A stretch of DNA of 64,000 nt. Source: Patescibacteria group bacterium. GTDB lineage: Bacteria; Patescibacteriota; Patescibacteriia; 2-01-FULL-39-33. The stretch covers positions 693 through 64,692 of the forward strand of contig JBAZQS010000002.1 of NCBI GenBank assembly GCA_041645075.1. Direction: 5' to 3'. Made by a program: the position numbers and the translations under genes. Under the pieces are notes generated by a model that saw only the letters and a list, made by a program, of their open reading frames with translations, did no database searches and was not told the origin of the DNA. The first letter of the stretch is position 1. The number at the start of each line of letters is the position of its first letter. Of the stretch, positions 59,963-64,000 are shown piece after piece.

Positions 59963-60464
59963 AGAAATAAATAAAATAGATATGGGTTTAACTTGGTTAA
60001 CTATAGAAAAATCAATTAAAAAAGAAACTGATTGGCTAAAAAGTAATATTTTCCCTTTTCATTCTGATAAAAATCCACTTAATTTGCCCGATGATACATT
60101 TTACAGATTAATTGCTATTCTAATTGTTTCTGGGCAAGTTAAAACAACTGAATATTTTTATGACAGTAGCAAAATTATTGGATTTAACTCAGTTCATTCT
60201 CCAAATAAAGAACATGGCACCGAATGGCATAATAATTTAATAAATTATTTGCATGATTATTTTGAAAAACAAGGATTTGAAGTATATACCTCGGAGCCAA
60301 TGCTATATTATGGACAAGCTGATTTAAAGGTTATTTCTGAAAAAGTTATATATTTTGAAATTGATACGGTGGGTATATTTAAGTTGTGGGTAAATTTGAA
60401 AAATATGAAAAATATTAATATAATCATTTTAACATCTAATAAAATTATTAAATTTGAATTATGA
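59934..60464 (+). CDS. Hypothetical protein (very AT-rich; start uncertain, perhaps 59982)
   Basis: ORF overlapping the recombinase 3' end. Confidence 0.35.
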   Translation: MFIKNTIAYKEINKIDMGLTWLTIEKSIKKETDWLKSNIFPFHSDKNPLNLPDDTFYRLIAILIVSGQVKTTEYFYDSSKIIGFNSVHSPNKEHGTEWHNNLINYLHDYFEKQGFEVYTSEPMLYYGQADLKVISEKVIYFEIDTVGIFKLWVNLKNMKNINIIILTSNKIIKFEL

Positions 60465-61291
60465 AAGATTTGCCAAACATAAATGAATATGTTAAACACT
60501 TAAATTCAAATAATTACGGTAATTCAACGCTGGTTGCATATTTGACTGGCTTGAACCATTTTAAAAAATATCTTACCATTAAGAATATTAAAAATTTTAA
60601 TGAGATTAATATAGAAGTTATTAATCAATTTATTCAAGAATTAAGTATTTCAAATAATACCGCAAATGTATATATAAACGGCGTCAAAAATTATTTCAAT
60701 TTTTTAGAAAAATATAAAAGTTTAAATTTTAATTTTAAAATTGAAGACATCAAGGAAATTAAGCGTTCAAAAGTGGTTAATAAGGAGATTGATTACGAAC
60801 TCATGACCCGTAGGTTAAATGTAATTAAAAAAAATGATTCCTTATCTTCGAAAAGAGACTATATTATAATACAGCTTGTTATAAAAACAGGGATTAGGAT
60901 CTCTGATTTAATTAAGATAAGGGTTGATCAATTTTCGGATGATAGTATTAAAATAAATGACTATTTTTACTACATTGATCGTGAATTATCAAAAGATATT
61001 AATGATTATTTAAGCCGTTTAGATCATAAGTTCGCGTATCTATTTGTTTCATTCTCGAGAAATATTAAACTTAATGGCGATCAATGCCTAACATCGAGCA
61101 GTGTTGCGAGAATGATCAAAAAAAACTTTGGCAATATTAGTTATAATGGCTTGAAGTCGATTTATTTTAAAAATATAATAGATGATCTTCCAGAGATAGA
61201 AACAACTCATTGTCATAATATTGGTGGCAAAACTATGATTGATGATTTGTACAAAATAATTAACAATGAAGATGAAAAATATTCAAATTAA
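60461..61291 (+). CDS. Divergent tyrosine-recombinase-like protein (possibly inactive paralog)
   Basis: Integrase N-terminal SAM-like region; box-I-like TGIRISDL. No clear HxxR...Y catalytic tail. Confidence 0.45.
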   Translation: MKDLPNINEYVKHLNSNNYGNSTLVAYLTGLNHFKKYLTIKNIKNFNEINIEVINQFIQELSISNNTANVYINGVKNYFNFLEKYKSLNFNFKIEDIKEIKRSKVVNKEIDYELMTRRLNVIKKNDSLSSKRDYIIIQLVIKTGIRISDLIKIRVDQFSDDSIKINDYFYYIDRELSKDINDYLSRLDHKFAYLFVSFSRNIKLNGDQCLTSSSVARMIKKNFGNISYNGLKSIYFKNIIDDLPEIETTHCHNIGGKTMIDDLYKIINNEDEKYSN

Positions 61292-61751
61292 AAAAATTAA
61301 TCTTAACCAACTGCCAGAGGTGATAAAAATGACTTGGCAAGCTTTTAATGTTCCCTTTTTGAAAGGCGGGATTATTTCTGATTATAAAGAATCGGAAAAT
61401 CTAAAAGAAATGGTGGAAAATAAAAAAATTTTTATCTTAGCCGCATTATCTAATAATAAAATTGTGGGCGCTGTCAGATACAAATCCACCGCCAATGGCC
61501 AGAATATTTATTTATTCAGATTGGCGGTTTTAAAATTTTATCGGTATATGGGCATCGGGTCTAAATTAGTAAAACGAGTGGAAAAAATAACAAAAAAATT
61601 GGGCTATAAAAAGATTAAATTGGATTGCGTGCTGGAAAAGGGCTTATTCCCCTATTATAAAAAATTGGGTTATCGCGTTTATAATATAAAAAAACACGAT
61701 GACCATTATGATGTCTTTATGTATAAGAGGGTCAACTCATTTAAAAAATAA
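61266..61751 (+). CDS. GNAT-family N-acetyltransferase
   Basis: Motif A RYMGIGSKLV. Confidence 0.6.
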   Translation: MKMKNIQIKKINLNQLPEVIKMTWQAFNVPFLKGGIISDYKESENLKEMVENKKIFILAALSNNKIVGAVRYKSTANGQNIYLFRLAVLKFYRYMGIGSKLVKRVEKITKKLGYKKIKLDCVLEKGLFPYYKKLGYRVYNIKKHDDHYDVFMYKRVNSFKK

Positions 61752-61756
61752 ATTTA

Positions 61757-61782
61757 AAAGCGTCCTAAGGGGACGCTTTTAT
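61757..61782. terminator. Bidirectional terminator between convergent genes
   Basis: aaaagcgtcc-taag-gggacgctttt. Confidence 0.6.
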
Positions 61783-61788
61783 TTCAAC

Positions 61789-62205
61789 TTACTTAATTTT
61801 TTTAACCTTTTCCTCAAAAGGGCGAAGAATCGCTTCCAGCTTGTCATCAAGCAGGTAGTCAAGTTCGGATAAAAATTTGATTATCGCATCTTCAATGTCC
61901 AATAAATACAATAATCTTAAATTTTCAACTGTTTGTTTTTCTTTTTGTAATACTTGGCGCGCCACATTGCCCAATTGGTAAAATTTGGCCTTACACTTAT
62001 CACTCATGAAACTAAGTGCTGTCCAACTGTAAAGATCATCCTTTGTGATTTTGGTATCGTCCTTGGTTAAATGCCGAAAGGTTTGAATTCGAGCATTAAT
62101 TAAATCCGGCCAATAATCATCATCAAACGAATGATGACCAATTAACATCTTAATAACCAAGGTAATTACCAAAGAATCGGCTACTGGATTTGAACTGTGC
62201 TTCAT
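61789..62205 (-). CDS. Hypothetical protein
   Basis: ORF only. Confidence 0.4.
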   Translation of the reverse strand: MKHSSNPVADSLVITLVIKMLIGHHSFDDDYWPDLINARIQTFRHLTKDDTKITKDDLYSWTALSFMSDKCKAKFYQLGNVARQVLQKEKQTVENLRLLYLLDIEDAIIKFLSELDYLLDDKLEAILRPFEEKVKKIK

Positions 62206-62243
62206 TTTCTTTCCTCCTTGGGCTTAAAATAGCATCAATCTGG

Positions 62244-62666
62244 CTATCTGTCAATTTTTTTATAGCCAGCATTTTTAAGCAATTCAGAACTTGACCTTAT
62301 TTTACCGCCACCCACATTATCAATTATCTCAATACCCAACTCTTCGCAGACCGCCGCTTCGGGTATATTACCCGCATTTCTATCGCCGCCGTTGGCAAAT
62401 ATGTCGGGCTTGACCGCCCTTAATGACTCGCAAACCGACCGGTCTTTGTCTATGGCGATAAATACCTCATCCACGTCTTTTAAGGCGCGGACAATTTCGG
62501 CCCGGTCTTGCTCGGTCATAAAGGGGATGCTGCCTTTTAATTTTACTTGTTCATTATTATTTACAATCACCACTAAATAATCCCCTAATTTTTTGGCCTC
62601 TCTTATCATTTGCAAATGACCGACATGGAGAGGATTAAAATAACCGCTCACCGCCACCTTTTTCAT
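62244..62666 (-). CDS. Cytidylyltransferase-family nucleotidyltransferase (RfaE domain II / TagD-like)
   Basis: GYFNPLHVGHLQMI (HxGH) motif. Confidence 0.7.
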   Translation of the reverse strand: MKKVAVSGYFNPLHVGHLQMIREAKKLGDYLVVIVNNNEQVKLKGSIPFMTEQDRAEIVRALKDVDEVFIAIDKDRSVCESLRAVKPDIFANGGDRNAGNIPEAAVCEELGIEIIDNVGGGKIRSSSELLKNAGYKKIDR

Positions 62667-62720
62667 CGGTATAAATATTATTAATTAATTTTAAAAACGC
62701 CGCTCGCAGCGTTTTTAAAA

Positions 62721-62951
62721 TCACTTTTTTCGGCCACGCCTTTTTTTAATTGCACCCATACCGACCACTAGGGCGGCGGCGCCGGCAAGGCCAACCGCGA
62801 TTTTCTTTTTTGTCTTGTCGTCTAATTTATCATATTTGCCCTTCAATTCTCTGGCCTTATCCATAAGACCGTCTCCCACCCTTTTAATTTCCTCAATCCC
62901 CCGCTCTAAATTTACCTTTGATTTTTTGTTGTTTTTCTTTTTGGTTGCCAT
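62721..62951 (-). CDS. Small Lys-rich protein with C-terminal TM
   Basis: ORF; downstream terminator at 62695-62716. Confidence 0.4.
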   Translation of the reverse strand: MATKKKNNKKSKVNLERGIEEIKRVGDGLMDKARELKGKYDKLDDKTKKKIAVGLAGAAALVVGMGAIKKRRGRKK

Positions 62952-62972
62952 AAATTTATGATTAATTATATT

Positions 62973-63156
62973 GAGATGGTTACAAAACTATATTTCTCTA
63001 AATTTGTCCTTTTTGGCTGCGACTTCGTCGGGCGGGCGTAAAAAGATTCTCACCGCCCCGATGTTACGTCGGGGCGGCTCAAATCTTTTTCCTGGCCCTC
63101 CTTGTCTCGCTCAAAAAGTCCTAAATTTATAGATAAAATAGTTTTGTAACCATCTC
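62973..63156. mobile_element. MITE family C: 184-bp element with ~31-bp terminal inverted repeats
   Basis: Left TIR gagatggttacaaaactatatttctctaaat; right TIR (reverse complement) gagatggttacaaaacta... A family B palindrome at 63054-63077 lies inside. Confidence 0.75.
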
Positions 63157-63237
63157 ATTGATTTATATTAACAGAAAAAAATAAAAAATTCCAATTTAAA
63201 AGGGGTGTCTTAATAGGCCCCTTTTAAATTATGCCAA

Positions 63238-63366
63238 TCACTCTTTTTCTGAACAGCCGCAGCCACAGCCCGCTTCGCAGGAACAGCAATGATAGCAAAC
63301 CGCGGGCTCGCAAGAACACTTGGTCTCGCCGTCAATGGGCAGGCCGCATTTTACGCATGTGTCCAT
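63238..63366 (-). CDS. Cys-rich 42-aa small protein (12 Cys)
   Basis: MDTCVKCGLPIDGETKCSCEPAVCYHCCSCEAGCGCGCSEKE. No clear SD. Confidence 0.35.
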   Translation of the reverse strand: MDTCVKCGLPIDGETKCSCEPAVCYHCCSCEAGCGCGCSEKE

Positions 63367-63406
63367 GTTTTTGAATATTAATAATTAAATATCTCTAATC
63401 ATCTCA

Positions 63407-64000
63407 TTAAGGCAGATAACTTAAGGGATTGACCGGTATGCCGTTATAGCGGACTTCAAAATGTAAATGCGGTCCGGAAGAAAAGCCGGTATTGCCGCTT
63501 AAGCCGATAATTTGGCCCTGGCTTACATATTGGTCGCTCTTAACGTTGGCGCTGCTTAAATGGGCGTAAAGCGTGGCCAAGTTATTATTATGAATAATTA
63601 AAATATAGTTTCCATACCAGCGAGTGCCCAGCGCCACCTTGGCGACATAACCCGCTTCGGCCGAAGCGACTGGCGTACCCGATGGCATGCCCAGATCAAG
63701 GCCCGAATGTTCAAATAGGTTGCGATAGGGATAATCCGGGTCGCGAAAATAAACCGTAATTCTTCTAATGTTTGTCGGCCAAGCCAAAACCGCGTCGCCA
63801 AACAAATTAAATTTTTCTTTGGCTCCCCTCTTTTCCAGCTCATCCCTTAAACGCCTTTCCAAATTAGTGATTAAAGAATTAACCGCCATTTGTTCTTTTT
63901 TCAAATTTTCTACCAAACCTTGAAATTTTCTTTCGGAATTTTTCGTCTCACTGATCAATTGCTGTTTAGTGTCCTTCTGTTCATCTAAAATATCCTTCTC
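63407..64000 (-). CDS. M23 family peptidase (LytM domain), N-terminal part beyond the window
   Basis: GLDLGMPSGTPV ... HLHFEVRYNG. The frame stays open to the window edge. Confidence 0.8.
   Translation of the reverse strand, partial: EKDILDEQKDTKQQLISETKNSERKFQGLVENLKKEQMAVNSLITNLERRLRDELEKRGAKEKFNLFGDAVLAWPTNIRRITVYFRDPDYPYRNLFEHSGLDLGMPSGTPVASAEAGYVAKVALGTRWYGNYILIIHNNNLATLYAHLSSANVKSDQYVSQGQIIGLSGNTGFSSGPHLHFEVRYNGIPVNPLSYLP

Noticed and set aside
1-64000. CRISPR arrays and cas genes, rRNA genes
   Set aside because: No regularly spaced direct repeats with unique spacers were found, and no rRNA-like sequence. The Cas4-like cysteine domain at 48.3-49.1 kb is fused to a UvrD helicase (AddA-like), not part of a cas operon.

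Overview
This is a gene-dense window from a small bacterial genome. GC content is uneven: AT-rich accessory stretches sit beside GC-richer genes. The many hypothetical proteins, DUF4012 and DUF11 surface proteins and a reduced gene set suggest a Patescibacteria/CPR-like organism, but that is an inference. Coding regions, in order: a surface-glycosylation locus at 1-11.9 kb (three GT1/GT4 glycosyltransferases, a SAM methyltransferase, a GNAT, a DUF4012 protein, an alpha/beta hydrolase and a DUF11-repeat surface protein); tgt; a WecA/MraY-family transferase; rplU; recR; dnaB; tRNA-Lys. Next, at 18.8-29.5 kb, comes a compositionally distinct block with a tightly packed six-gene unit at 21.2-29.5 kb (VWA lipoprotein, ABC ATPase, a 1070-aa MacB/FtsX-type permease with a roughly 800-aa extracytoplasmic domain, a membrane protein, a small protein with a RuvA C-domain-like segment, and an M50B-like metalloprotease). 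After that: a P-type ATPase; the division genes ftsB-like, prsA-like, rlpA-like, ftsE and ftsX; tRNA-Thr, tRNA-Gly and tRNA-Gln; dxr and ispE; guaA; rlmN; pyrE-like and pyrF; a UvrD-family helicase fused to a Cas4/RecB-like nuclease; pheS, pheT, lysS and serS; an FtsQ-like protein; two tandem tyrosine recombinases with AT-rich cargo; and an M23 peptidase. Several non-coding signals stand out. There are at least four short repeat families (palindromic or MITE-like). One family is inserted in-frame into coding genes, including two glycosyltransferases, tgt (where the canonical CxCxxC zinc motif is missing) and the helicase-nuclease. A roughly 450-nt GC-rich, hairpin-dense intergenic region at 16.3-16.8 kb is probably a structured RNA. 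The 5' part of tRNA-Lys is duplicated around a 102-nt GC-rich insert. A 48-aa hydrophobic peptide gene sits under a perfect sigma70-type consensus promoter, flanked by direct repeats. No CRISPR array or rRNA gene was seen.
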